Notes: a model not told the origin generated them from the letters alone. A stretch of 64,000 nt of DNA from Deltaproteobacteria bacterium UBA6601 (GCA_002433485.1 DJIF01000054.1:1158-65157), one strand, 5' to 3'; counted from the first letter of the stretch, positions 12,614 through 22,589 are shown. Made by a program: numbers and translations.

Positions 12614-15322
12614 TCAGTTACCCTGCGGAGTGATCTTGACGGTGTAGTCCCCGGGCGAACCGGAGTACCCGACAATGACAAACCAGCAATCGGAGCCGTC
12701 CGGCAACGGCACGATGGTAGTGCCCTCTTCTGGCTTGCTGAGATCAGCAAGGGACGGATCAAAGGGAATGTAGTAGTGGTCAGGATCGTTAACCGCATCA
12801 AAGTAGTAGCAGAAGAACCGAGCGTCGTAGTCGCCACCCCCAGTGGCCCAATCAAGTTCAACGCTGATAAAGCCCGCTTCCGGGAAGGTCAGGTGGTAGG
12901 CATCGTTGTCGCCGGCCCAGCTGTCCGCCTCAATGCTTGAGATGCTGCCTTTCAGTTCATTGGTCTTGCCAGCGCCTGCAGACTCACCCAGCTCCTGAAA
13001 GCTGCCCTCAGGCCACGGCGAATCCTCGACGCTGAAGCCGTCAATCTGCACATTATTGGGCTCCTCAGTCTCGTACCAAACCTTGCCCACTTCCGGCTGC
13101 TTGGCATACCAGGCGTGCAGGACAGGCAGCGCTTCAGCAGTACCCAGGACCTCCAGCGTCGGCGGATTACCCTGCTCCTCGTCTCGGTTCAGCGTCCAAT
13201 CGACCCGATCCTTCTGCAGGTTGTAGGGCACGAGCTCGGTGACCCGCCGGCCGCCAGGCTTCTCCACCGTATTGTTGAGGGAAGCGACATCGCCGGCAAA
13301 GAGATGCACCAACTCAAAGTCGGTGGTCACCACATTGGAACTGCGAACCTCGTAGTTACCGAGATGAACGCTGTCGTCCGTATCATCGCAATCACGCAAC
13401 GCCAGAGTGTAGCCGTCGCCATCCTGATCGACGTTCTCATAATCGGTGTTCTGCACAAAGCTGCCATCGTCCTGCAAAACCCAATCCCGATTCTCATCGA
13501 TCAGCCCGTCACAGTCATTATCTACGCCATCAGTGACGTCGTAGTTGAAAGCCACTGGCACACCAGCCTCATCGAGCTGGTGGGGATGAATGGACGGATC
13601 CAAGTCGTGGCAGTCGGCGCCACCGGCAGGCGTGAGCTTGGCAAAACCATCGCCATCGGCGTCGTCATCGGAGCCATCGCAGATGTCGTCGTTATCGAAG
13701 TCTGGCATGGCAGAATCCGCAACTTCAGGATCAGAGCCGCAGTTGATCTCTTCCCAATTATGAAAGCCATCGCCATCGGTATCCTGGGCGCAGCCAACGG
13801 TGCCGATGCAGTCACTGTCACAGTAGCCGTCACCATCGGTATCGGTGGGAAAGTCCTCAGGGTCGAAGGGGTTGGTGCCGCAGGCACGTTCCTCAAGATC
13901 CGACCACTCGTGCGGCGTCAGACCACCGACAACTCCACGGTCCTCATCATAGTTAGAGACAAAGTCCAGTTGGCCATCGCCAGCACTGCAGTCATCGTCG
14001 ATGGAGTTCCAGTCGATCTCATTGTCCAGGCCTGGATAGATGGCGGAATTGGCGTCATTACAGTCACCTACACCAAAGCCACTGTTGACCTCAATCTGGC
14101 CACGGCAGAACCCATCACCATCAAGGTCGCGACCATTCTCGCAGTAGCCGTCGCCGTCATCGTCGACGTCATCGGGACCATTATCCGCCCAACCGTCGCA
14201 GTCGTTGTCCTTGCGATCACCTGCTGTGTCACCGCGGTGCGGATGCACCTCAGGATCGTTGTCATTGCAGTCGCCTGCGGCCACCGTATAGCCATCACCA
14301 TCATCGTCGCGAGTCTCAGTGCCGGTGTCAGCGGTGCCGTCACAGTCGTTGTCCTTGCCATCTGCCATGCCGGGGATGATGGTGTCCGCCTCGATAGAGA
14401 CCTGCTGTAGGAAGTGCATGTCCCAGGCGCACCAGAACAGCTCAGCTTCCTGATCCAACTGCCAGTCGCTGCAGCCCGTGCCACCAACCGGATCCCCCAA
14501 GGCCTCAATGTCACTGCTCAAATAGGCGCCGACCTTGAGTTCCAGCGAGTCCTGGGTAGTGGGATAGGACAGGTCCAGATCCAACGTCGCGCTGTCTCCC
14601 TCGATTCCCGCCTGAACCAGATGCACCCGAGGGTCATTGCCCACCACGATCAGGTCATACTCGACGTTGTCGTCATCGGCGTTCACGGTCACCTTGACCA
14701 GGAATTCCTTGTTGGGCTCGGTCTCAGTGGCAAAACGCGGCTCGGCAAAGGTCTGCAGGGCCTCACCTTCCTCATTGAGGACCTCAGCACCCTCATCGTC
14801 CAACAGGGGAATCTGAGTATTCGGATCGGAATATAGTTCCGAGCCGCTGCCATCCATCACCACGATGTCGACATCAGCGTCCGAGTCCTCCTCTACAGGG
14901 CGCGCCTTGAACACCAAAGGGCCGAAGTAGTCGGTGCTGATCCGGTACCAGTCCTCATCCCGCTCGGGCTGAAACAGAATCGCGGCGCAATCAACATCAC
15001 TGTCTTCTGGTGTGATCTCATCGCAGGTCAGGTCAGCGGTTCCGCGAATGCGGTGATAGGCGTAGCTGATCTCATAGGGACCATCCGCGGTCTGCAGGGT
15101 GTCGTTGTTGAGGTCTTCAGTCTCGGCCCGGGGAGTCGGTTCCTTCTCCCAGAGGCCCAGCCGGTCCAGGGTCAGGACTCCGTGAACGTGACGCTGGGGT
15201 ATGCCGGTTTCTTCACCGAGACAGCCAACCAAAAGCAGCGGCAGAGCAACCAGAGAAAGTACGCCTACCAGCAGCAGCAGCGACAACGAGAGGCGAGATG
15301 AAGAGCGAAGGTACTTGTACAT
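12614..15322 (-). CDS. Large acidic lipoprotein with putative metal-binding (MopE-type/TSP3-like) Cys/Asp repeats flanked by PPC-like beta-sandwich domains
   Basis: Lipobox LLVGC; repeated DxDGDG(Y/F)...DCxDxD..HP...DxxDNDCDG units; DEDWYRI/DVDIVV and GDNDAYHL...DYD...YTVKI PPC-like segments. Confidence 0.75.
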   Translation of the reverse strand: MYKYLRSSSRLSLSLLLLVGVLSLVALPLLLVGCLGEETGIPQRHVHGVLTLDRLGLWEKEPTPRAETEDLNNDTLQTADGPYEISYAYHRIRGTADLTCDEITPEDSDVDCAAILFQPERDEDWYRISTDYFGPLVFKARPVEEDSDADVDIVVMDGSGSELYSDPNTQIPLLDDEGAEVLNEEGEALQTFAEPRFATETEPNKEFLVKVTVNADDDNVEYDLIVVGNDPRVHLVQAGIEGDSATLDLDLSYPTTQDSLELKVGAYLSSDIEALGDPVGGTGCSDWQLDQEAELFWCAWDMHFLQQVSIEADTIIPGMADGKDNDCDGTADTGTETRDDDGDGYTVAAGDCNDNDPEVHPHRGDTAGDRKDNDCDGWADNGPDDVDDDGDGYCENGRDLDGDGFCRGQIEVNSGFGVGDCNDANSAIYPGLDNEIDWNSIDDDCSAGDGQLDFVSNYDEDRGVVGGLTPHEWSDLEERACGTNPFDPEDFPTDTDGDGYCDSDCIGTVGCAQDTDGDGFHNWEEINCGSDPEVADSAMPDFDNDDICDGSDDDADGDGFAKLTPAGGADCHDLDPSIHPHQLDEAGVPVAFNYDVTDGVDNDCDGLIDENRDWVLQDDGSFVQNTDYENVDQDGDGYTLALRDCDDTDDSVHLGNYEVRSSNVVTTDFELVHLFAGDVASLNNTVEKPGGRRVTELVPYNLQKDRVDWTLNRDEEQGNPPTLEVLGTAEALPVLHAWYAKQPEVGKVWYETEEPNNVQIDGFSVEDSPWPEGSFQELGESAGAGKTNELKGSISSIEADSWAGDNDAYHLTFPEAGFISVELDWATGGGDYDARFFCYYFDAVNDPDHYYIPFDPSLADLSKPEEGTTIVPLPDGSDCWFVIVGYSGSPGDYTVKITPQGN

Positions 15323-15342
15323 GGAAGATTCCGTCTCTCTGA

Positions 15343-18159
15343 CTAGAAGGAGAAGCGCACGCCAAGCTCAAAGCGACGCGGCGACTGGTAGCTGGTGGGC
15401 TGAGCAAAGACTGCACCGGACTGGGTGCCAAAGACTGGCAAACCGGCAGAGGTCAAAGCCCGCTGATCTGCGCTCAAAACGTCCAGGCTATTCAGGATAT
15501 TGAAAACCTGCAGGATGATATCTACCTGAGTTCCGGCAATGGACATCGCCAGTGCCGCACGCAGATCAAGACCCAGATAGGCGGGGAGCCGCTCCTGCGT
15601 ACCCCGCTTGGCGACGTAGTTTCCATAGCCTTGCCGCCAGGCGTTGTACTGAAGCCTGTTGATCGGGGTGCCGCTGCGGAAGTCCATGGCCCCACCGATG
15701 GAGTAGCCCATGCTGAACTTCTCGGCCAGCTTCCAGACGTTCGGGTTGTCGTAGGCTGCCTGCAGCTTGAAGACATGCGGCTGATCGCTGCCAGCAATGC
15801 CGTCCTCATAGTAGCGCTGAGTTGGGTTGTCGAAGTCGGGGGAGAGGCCAATGCGGTCACCGGCGCTACGCCCAGCAGAGTTCGCCACCAGTCGCGAGTA
15901 GGTATAGGAACCAAGCATCTGGAAGTTGTCACTGAGCTGCTTGCGAACAATGAGCGTCATTGCCCAGTAGTCGCGCTTACTCTCCTGTGGGGTGCGCAGG
16001 CGATAGATGTCCTCTGCAATGCCGTTGCGGAAGCCAACGGAGTCGGTTCCATCATCGTTCCAGAGCACATTAACCTCGTCGTCCTCCCACATATGGGTGA
16101 AGGTTCGATAGACGAAGTTGAACTCAGCGCCCAGGTCACGAGCGATCTCCCGCTGCACCGAAAGGAACAACTCGTTGCTGCGTGCCACCACAAAGTCCGG
16201 ATGGCTGATGTTGCTGGCTGGTGTCGAAGCTCGCGTACTCTCCTCCTGCCACTTCTGCTGCGCTGCATCCCAGGGATAGAACTCAAAGTTGAAGGTGTTC
16301 TGGTTGAGGTAGCCACTCAGCTCCAGGAAACCGGGATCGGCGATCTGGGCCCAGTTGGCCGAGAGCCGGGTCTTGCCATCTCGGAAAGGATCCCAGGCTG
16401 CACCTACCCCCCAGCTCACCGCACTGCTGTCGATAATGGCCTGCTCAATGTTGTTGCGCAGCCGCGCACGCAGGTAGCGGGCACCAGCATTGATGGAGAG
16501 GCCTCGAACCGGCAGCCAGCGGTCCTGGACATAGCCGTTGAAAACCAGCCCCAGCTCGTGCTCACGGTCGCTGTTGACCACGACGTAGCGGGCCTCGTTG
16601 CGGTAGCCCTCCAGGTTAGAGACCTCGTCAACTGACAGGGTGCCGTCACTATTGGCGTCCACCGGCTGCTTCACAAAGACCTTGTTGCCGATGTAGCCGA
16701 AGTCACTGGTGTGCCATACAGGGGCAAACTCAACCCCAGCATTAAAGGTGTGAGAGCCCAACAGACGATCAATACCCAGCTCAAAGTCACTCTTGATGGA
16801 GAAGCGATTCCTGCGACTGAGATTGTAGTTTCCGAGGCTGCCGTGGTTCAGACCACCCTGGTTGGCCCAGATGGCGTTCTGCTGCTTGTCAGCGTCGAGG
16901 CAACGGCCAATGGGATCACGCTCATCGCAGTCCTTCCACAGCACCGGCTCCAAGAAGATGCTGGAGTTCTGATAGAAAGCCGTAGTGGTCAGCACCGCCC
17001 TACCGCCAATGCGGGCCTCGTGGGCCAACGACACAGAGAAGCCACCCTGACGCCACATCCGCTCCCCCTCACCGACGGTAAAGACAGACTGCAGATCATT
17101 CTCAAAAGTGGTCGGGTCGGCTCTGAACGAAAGGGTGAACTTGTTGCGCGCCACCGGCTGGGCGGTGAGCTTAGCCAGAATGAAGTGGCTGTTGGCCACC
17201 AACGGCAGCATCGGGTAGCGGGCAAAGTCACGACCAATGTCGAGGCCGCTCTGGCTGAGCCGAGTAGTGCGGCGGTGCTGATAGGCCAGATAGAACCAGA
17301 AACGGTCCTTGACGATCGGGCCACCTAGGGACGCATTCAAGTTCAATGAGGTGAACTCGTTACGAGCAAGACTCAGGTACTCAGAACCCGACTGGGTGAA
17401 TCCAGTGCTCTGAAGGTAGCCGCTGAAGTCGCCCTCAAAGGTGTTTCCGCCGGACTTGGTGACGATGTTGATGGTACCGCCCAGGCCCTGGTTGTAGCGA
17501 GCATCGTAGCCAGCGGTAATGACCTCAAGATCCTCAATGGCGTCGAAATTGAAGTTCATCGAGAAGGTACCGGTAACCGGGTCGGTGGTGCTGGCCCCAT
17601 CCAGGTAGTACTGATTGGACTGCATAGCGCCGCCGCTGATGTTCGGATTGCTGCCACCGGTTACCCCGGGCAGGAACTGAACAGCGTCCTGGAAGGAGCG
17701 TCCGGAAGGCAGGTTGCCCAGGAAGTCAGCGCCCAAGGTCATGCTCTGAGTAGTCTGCTCGGTGTCGATGACCGGCCTCCGGTCAATGACCTCGACGGTC
17801 TCTCCAACCTCAGGCAGCTCCATAACCAACCTGATGTTCAGGCTGCGACCCACAGAGAGGCTGAGATTCGAGCGGATGATGGTCTTGAACCCCTCTTTCT
17901 CAACATCAACCCGGTAGGTACCCGGCGGGAGCGCGAGAAATCTGAACAGGCCATCCGCTGCCGTGACGGCATCCCGGGAGCCCTGCAGGTTCTCGGAAGT
18001 AAGAGTCAGCTTGACGCCCTCAAGAGGACTGTCACTCTGGTCGACGATCTCGCCCTTAAGGGTCGCCGTAGTGGCCTGGGCAAACAGGGTGGACGGGAGC
18101 AGCAGCGCAGCAAGGACAAGCAGGACTGCAAGAGAATGAAGTGGGGAGCGGACAGGCAA
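15343..18159 (-). CDS. TonB-dependent receptor, Oar-like, with N-terminal carboxypeptidase-regulatory-like domain
   Basis: Signal peptide ending LFA-Q; GLFRFLALPPGTYRV (CarboxypepD_reg); plug motifs YYLDG and GGTINIVTKSGGN; C-terminal FNILN...PRRFELGVRFSF. Start inferred at TTG 18159 with GAGG upstream. Confidence 0.88.
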   Translation of the reverse strand: MPVRSPLHSLAVLLVLAALLLPSTLFAQATTATLKGEIVDQSDSPLEGVKLTLTSENLQGSRDAVTAADGLFRFLALPPGTYRVDVEKEGFKTIIRSNLSLSVGRSLNIRLVMELPEVGETVEVIDRRPVIDTEQTTQSMTLGADFLGNLPSGRSFQDAVQFLPGVTGGSNPNISGGAMQSNQYYLDGASTTDPVTGTFSMNFNFDAIEDLEVITAGYDARYNQGLGGTINIVTKSGGNTFEGDFSGYLQSTGFTQSGSEYLSLARNEFTSLNLNASLGGPIVKDRFWFYLAYQHRRTTRLSQSGLDIGRDFARYPMLPLVANSHFILAKLTAQPVARNKFTLSFRADPTTFENDLQSVFTVGEGERMWRQGGFSVSLAHEARIGGRAVLTTTAFYQNSSIFLEPVLWKDCDERDPIGRCLDADKQQNAIWANQGGLNHGSLGNYNLSRRNRFSIKSDFELGIDRLLGSHTFNAGVEFAPVWHTSDFGYIGNKVFVKQPVDANSDGTLSVDEVSNLEGYRNEARYVVVNSDREHELGLVFNGYVQDRWLPVRGLSINAGARYLRARLRNNIEQAIIDSSAVSWGVGAAWDPFRDGKTRLSANWAQIADPGFLELSGYLNQNTFNFEFYPWDAAQQKWQEESTRASTPASNISHPDFVVARSNELFLSVQREIARDLGAEFNFVYRTFTHMWEDDEVNVLWNDDGTDSVGFRNGIAEDIYRLRTPQESKRDYWAMTLIVRKQLSDNFQMLGSYTYSRLVANSAGRSAGDRIGLSPDFDNPTQRYYEDGIAGSDQPHVFKLQAAYDNPNVWKLAEKFSMGYSIGGAMDFRSGTPINRLQYNAWRQGYGNYVAKRGTQERLPAYLGLDLRAALAMSIAGTQVDIILQVFNILNSLDVLSADQRALTSAGLPVFGTQSGAVFAQPTSYQSPRRFELGVRFSF

Positions 18160-18244
18160 AGGAGACCTCGCGAGGTTCGGGCTAAAACAGGGCCGCTGAC
18201 GCAACGGGAAACCGGCCTGGAGACCAGGGTCCCAGGCCGCGGGA

Positions 18245-18320
18245 TTTCTAGCAGTCAAGCCAAAGGTAAGTCAAGGGAACTACGGGGGGGGTGGTTATGC
18301 GAACATTACATAATTATTTC
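18245..18320 (-). promoter_or_regulatory. Candidate promoter/operator region of the TonB receptor (two TTGACT hexamers, G8 run, AT-rich palindrome)
   Basis: AGTCAAG twice on the + strand (18253, 18269), reading CTTGACT on the minus strand; G8 at 18284-18291; ATAATTAT at 18310-18317 within an unusually AT-rich patch. Confidence 0.35.
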
Positions 18321-18464
18321 AAAACCTTATCCTCCAGAAAGCGGCTTCTTCGGGCAGGGAGTCTCGGACACTGCTAGGGTGTCCCCGACCAAAGGGCCGC
18401 AACTTCCGCCAGCGCAGGCAAAAGGCTGCCCCCAGTTCACCAATCGCAGCGAAAGGCCGCTTCC

Positions 18465-18980
18465 GTGTCCTACCCGAGCTTTGATTGCCCCCACTGTAAT
18501 GCGGAGGTCCCGGTCGGGGCTCTCCGCTGCAAAGAGTGCTTTAACGAAACCAGCGTCGCTGAGAAACGCTCCGCCAGAGGAGCTGTGGTTGGGCTGCTGC
18601 TGTTAACCCTGTTGGTCGGTGCTGCGGGAATGGGTGCCTGGAATATCCGCTATCACCGCGGCCAGCTGGGCAACGCCGTGGTTGACCACAGTGAACAACG
18701 CATCGTGCTGGTCTACACCTCTACCTTTAGAGACCCTGGCACCAAGCAGGTGAACTTCTCCGACGTATCTCAGGTGCTCCTGGAAGGGCGCCAACTCATC
18801 ATGGCCGGGGATGTCTGGAAGGTCTCCCTGGTCCTGAACAGTGGCGAGAAGGTGCTGCTGCGAACCGGCAGCCAGAGTCTTGAAATTTATGCCTCTTCCA
18901 TCGCCCAGCAGCTCAATAAGGAACTACGGTTTATCAACAAGCTCGGCAGTGGCCGTGACCTGCTCGACACCAAGGGCTGA
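18465..18980 (+). CDS. Zinc-ribbon single-pass membrane protein
   Basis: N-terminal CPHC-x10-CKEC, one TM helix, then a roughly 110-aa beta-rich extracytoplasmic domain; ends 27 bp before mreB. Confidence 0.7.
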   Translation: MSYPSFDCPHCNAEVPVGALRCKECFNETSVAEKRSARGAVVGLLLLTLLVGAAGMGAWNIRYHRGQLGNAVVDHSEQRIVLVYTSTFRDPGTKQVNFSDVSQVLLEGRQLIMAGDVWKVSLVLNSGEKVLLRTGSQSLEIYASSIAQQLNKELRFINKLGSGRDLLDTKG

Positions 18981-19007
18981 GAAACTCTCGAGTAGCCGAG
19001 TCGCCTA

Positions 19008-20042
19008 ATGTTCCTTGACTGGTTGCTTGGCCGATTCTCTACTGATCTGGCCATTGACCTGGGCACGGCCAATACCCTGGTCTTTGTGCAGGGCCAGGGG
19101 ATCGTGCTCGAAGAGCCCTCAGTAGTCGCCATCAACAAGGACCCCCACAATCGCACCGTCCTGGCAGTAGGCTCGGAAGCACGAGAGATGCTCGGCAAAG
19201 TTCCCGGCAGCATCGAGACCGCCCGCCCGATGATGGATGGAGTAATCGCCGACCTCGACGTCACCGAAGCCATGCTGCGACACTTCATCCGCAAGGTTCA
19301 CGGACGCAAAACCTTTGTGCGTCCGCGGGTCGTCATCTGTATCCCCTTCGGCATCACTGAGGTTGAGCGCCGTGCCGTGCGTGACTCAGCGCGCGCCGCA
19401 GGGGCCCGCGAGGTCTACCTCATTCAGGAACCTATGGCGGCGGCCTTGGGGGCTGGTCTTCCAGTTACCGACCCGCGTGGCAACATGATCGTCGATATCG
19501 GCGGTGGCACCACTGAAGTAGCGGTCATCTCACTGGGAGGCATCGTGTTCTCTCGTTCAGTGCGGGTCGGCGGCGATCGGATGGACCAGGCGGTCATCGA
19601 CTACATCCGTCGTGAGCACAGCCTGCTGATCGGCAGCCGCAGTGCGGAACGGGTAAAGATCCAGGTGGGCTGCGCCCATCCACCCACCCAGGGTCGGGAG
19701 ATGGTGGTCAAAGGGCGCGACCTCAAGCGCGGTATTCCCGGCACCATCACCGTCGACTCACGGGAAATATATGTGGCTCTGCGTGATCCCGTCGCTGAGA
19801 TCGTCGGAACGGTGCGCTACACCTTAGAGAACACCCCTCCAGAACTGGCAGCGGACATCATGGAACAGGGCATCATTCTGGCCGGCGGCGGTGCGCTTTT
19901 AGAAGGGCTCGATGAGTGTCTACGCGAAGTTACCGGACTACCAGTGATCGTGGCCCCAGACCCCCTGCTGTGTGTCGCCCGCGGCTCAGGCGCCGCGCTC
20001 GAGTCACTGGACCTGCTACGGCGAGTCACCGAGCCGGCCTGA
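19008..20042 (+). CDS. mreB: Rod shape-determining actin-like protein MreB
   Basis: [62 protein letters not shown]. Confidence 0.96.
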   Translation: MFLDWLLGRFSTDLAIDLGTANTLVFVQGQGIVLEEPSVVAINKDPHNRTVLAVGSEAREMLGKVPGSIETARPMMDGVIADLDVTEAMLRHFIRKVHGRKTFVRPRVVICIPFGITEVERRAVRDSARAAGAREVYLIQEPMAAALGAGLPVTDPRGNMIVDIGGGTTEVAVISLGGIVFSRSVRVGGDRMDQAVIDYIRREHSLLIGSRSAERVKIQVGCAHPPTQGREMVVKGRDLKRGIPGTITVDSREIYVALRDPVAEIVGTVRYTLENTPPELAADIMEQGIILAGGGALLEGLDECLREVTGLPVIVAPDPLLCVARGSGAALESLDLLRRVTEPA

Positions 20043-20064
20043 GCCACGCGCGAGGCGCGGCTCA
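20040..20064. terminator. GC-rich hairpin spanning the convergent stop codons of mreB and ftsZ
   Basis: TGAGCC-A-CGC-GCGAG-GCG-C-GGCTCA; 9 bp plus one G.U pair on the minus strand; no U-tract. Confidence 0.4.
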
Positions 20065-21324
20065 GTCTGCCAACTTGCGAACAAAGGCAGGGCGATCCAG
20101 GTGGGGCATGTCCTCATCAACGGCAGCCTGAAACACATCACTGGACTTGCGCTCCAGCAGACGCGGCTCTACCGCTGGATCACGGGCGTTACGAACTGCT
20201 GGAGGCAGATCGTAGGTAGAAGCAGGCAAGGTCGCCCACGGATTGACCGGAATGGGCCTCGGGACCTCGGTCTTCAAGATCCGCGGCAAGCTGGGGCGGC
20301 TCATCTCTTGAAGGGGCTCAACATTAGCTTCTTCAATGGACTCGATCCCCGTCGCAAGAACCGTCACCCGGACCTCATCACCTACCGACTCATCAACAAC
20401 CCAGCCAAAGATCACCTCGGCGTCATCGTGGGCCTCCTCCTCAATCAAGGTCACTGCCTCGGTAAGCTCTGCCAGCTTTAGAGTGGAGTTGCTGGTGACA
20501 TTGACCAGCACCCCCTTAGCGCCGGTAATGACCGCCTCCTCAAGCAAGGGGGAACTGATGGCTCGCTGAGCCGCTTCAACAGCTCGCAGCTCACCGCTGG
20601 AAGTGCCCATTCCCATCATCGCCAGGCCAGGAATACTCATCACCGTGCGGACATCGGCAAAGTCAGCGTTCACGACGCCCTTTACGTGAATCAGATCAAC
20701 GACTCCCCGGACCGCATCTAGCAGCACCTGATCGGCCAACTTAAAGGCATCCATGGTGCTCATCTCAGGACCTGCGAGAGCCACCAGGCGGTCGTTGGGG
20801 ATCACCACCAGGGTATCCACCGCTTCCCTGAGTTGCTCGATCCCAGCCTCAGCAGTCCTGCGGCGGCGCTTCCCCTCAAAGGAGAAGGGTCGGGTGACCA
20901 CCGCAACACAGAGTGCACCTGTCTCACGCGCGACCTGCGCAATTACGGGAGCAGCGCCGGTCCCGGTCCCTCCACCCATGCCTGCGGTGACAAAGACCAT
21001 GTCGGCGCCGGTCACGAGTTCCTCAATCCTTGTGCGGCTCTCCCGCGCTGCATCACGTCCCACCTCGGGCCGAGCGCCGGCCCCCAGGCCGCGGGTCAGG
21101 CCCACCCCCAGGGCGAGCACCTCGTCGGCCTCCGACTCCACCAGCGCTTGCTGATCGGTGTTGGCGGCTACCAAACTCACATTGCTGAGGCGGGCGCGGG
21201 CCATGGTATTGACCGCATTACCGCCTCCTCCACCGACGCCAATTACCCGGATCGAGATCTCGTCAACCTCACCGTCTCTTGGCTCAGCAGCAAACTGAAT
21301 GGTGTTCTCATCTTCATCCAACAT
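20062..21324 (-). CDS. ftsZ: Cell division protein FtsZ
   Basis: VIGVGGGGGNAVN, AGMGGGTGTG tubulin signature, NADFADV, C-terminal peptide LDRPAFVRK. Confidence 0.98.
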   Translation of the reverse strand: MLDEDENTIQFAAEPRDGEVDEISIRVIGVGGGGGNAVNTMARARLSNVSLVAANTDQQALVESEADEVLALGVGLTRGLGAGARPEVGRDAARESRTRIEELVTGADMVFVTAGMGGGTGTGAAPVIAQVARETGALCVAVVTRPFSFEGKRRRRTAEAGIEQLREAVDTLVVIPNDRLVALAGPEMSTMDAFKLADQVLLDAVRGVVDLIHVKGVVNADFADVRTVMSIPGLAMMGMGTSSGELRAVEAAQRAISSPLLEEAVITGAKGVLVNVTSNSTLKLAELTEAVTLIEEEAHDDAEVIFGWVVDESVGDEVRVTVLATGIESIEEANVEPLQEMSRPSLPRILKTEVPRPIPVNPWATLPASTYDLPPAVRNARDPAVEPRLLERKSSDVFQAAVDEDMPHLDRPAFVRKLAD

Positions 21325-21347
21325 ACCGTTCCTCCGTTTTGCTGCTC

Positions 21348-22589
21348 TCAGAACACCAGATCAAACCAGCGACCGAACTGCCCGCGTAGATGTGCAAAGA
21401 CTCCCACTGGAGCCTGGCCAAAAGGCCCAGGCGAGCCATAATTCTCAAGGCCGAACTTCACCAGACCAACACCAGTGGCGTACTCAGGTGTACCTACAAC
21501 GTCGCTCAGGCCACCGATCTCACGCGGCACACCGCGTCGCGCAGGCATCCCCAGAAAGCGCTCGGCGGCCTTCAGAATGCCCGGCAACAAGCTACCGCCT
21601 CCGGTAACCACCACACCGGCAGGGAGGACCCGATTGTGCCCCACGCGCTGAAGTTCCTTAGCCAGCAGTTCAAAGATCTCACTCACCCGGGGCTCGATGA
21701 CCTCACAAAGCATTCCCTTGTTGGTGCTGTGAATCCGGTCTCCTCCGACCTGCATGAAATCAAAAGGCTCCGCCTCATCCACCAGCTCCCGCAGCGCGCA
21801 GCCATGGTCCTGTTTGATCCGCTCCGCAACGGTGTTGGAAGCCGCCAGGGCGTAGGCAATGTCACTATCGATGAGATTGCCACCAACCGGCAGTACAAAA
21901 GAGTGCAGGACAGCTCCCTGCGAATAGATGGTCAGATCGGTCGTCCCGCCACCGATGTCGATGAGCAGCACGCCGAGTTCCTTCTCATCAGCGGTCAGCA
22001 CCGCCTCTGCGCTGGCCAACGGACCCAGCACGATGTCCCGCACTCCAAGGCGCATCAGTTCGCAGCAGCGGATAATGTTCTGGGCTGCGGCAACCGCCGC
22101 GGTGACAATGTGCACCTCCGATGACAGGCGCACCCCACTCATGCCGCGCGGATCGTCGATCTCCTCCTGCTCATCGATCTTGAACTGCTGGGGAATCACA
22201 TGAATCACGCGCCGATTGGTCGGAATCGCGATGGTCTGGGCGGCCTCCAAGACCTTATCCACGTCGGTCTGAGCCACCTGACCACCGCGTATGGGCACCA
22301 TCCCGGCGCTGTTGACACTGTGAATATGACCACCAGCGATGTTGGTATAGACGGAGTTGACCTCAACCCCAGCCATCATCTCCGCTTCATCTACCGCCAC
22401 CTGAATGGAGTGCACGGTGTCTTCAATGTTGATCACATTCCCCTTACGCAGACCACGCGAGGGGTGAGAGCCAATGCCGATGATGTCAACCCCGCCGAAG
22501 CTGTTGCGTTCACCCACCACACAGGCAACCTTGCTGGTGCCTATGTCGAGACCTGCAATAACAGAGTCGCGCGGGGTAGGCGCGGTCAT
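21348..22589 (-). CDS. ftsA: Cell division protein FtsA
   Basis: GLDIGTSKV, DPRGMSGVRL, DIGGGTT, GVVVTGGG, YATGVGL, C-terminal amphipathic helix (RWFDLVF). Confidence 0.97.
   Translation of the reverse strand: MTAPTPRDSVIAGLDIGTSKVACVVGERNSFGGVDIIGIGSHPSRGLRKGNVINIEDTVHSIQVAVDEAEMMAGVEVNSVYTNIAGGHIHSVNSAGMVPIRGGQVAQTDVDKVLEAAQTIAIPTNRRVIHVIPQQFKIDEQEEIDDPRGMSGVRLSSEVHIVTAAVAAAQNIIRCCELMRLGVRDIVLGPLASAEAVLTADEKELGVLLIDIGGGTTDLTIYSQGAVLHSFVLPVGGNLIDSDIAYALAASNTVAERIKQDHGCALRELVDEAEPFDFMQVGGDRIHSTNKGMLCEVIEPRVSEIFELLAKELQRVGHNRVLPAGVVVTGGGSLLPGILKAAERFLGMPARRGVPREIGGLSDVVGTPEYATGVGLVKFGLENYGSPGPFGQAPVGVFAHLRGQFGRWFDLVF

Noticed and set aside
13115..14410. 431-aa + strand ORF rich in Val/Ile/Ala
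   Set aside because: Antisense shadow of the Asp-rich repeat lipoprotein (GAC/GAT codons read as GTC/ATC); same for other long shadows such as 7460-8341, 15631-16635 and 32056-33129.
18300..18322. Canonical Fur box
   Set aside because: Only an 8-bp AT palindrome; poor match to the 19-bp consensus.
18330..18464. Riboswitch (cobalamin or c-di-GMP) near the TonB receptor
   Set aside because: Short stems (GGACAC/GTGTCC) exist but I could not match conserved riboswitch cores, and the region lies upstream of the likely promoter; needs an Infernal scan.
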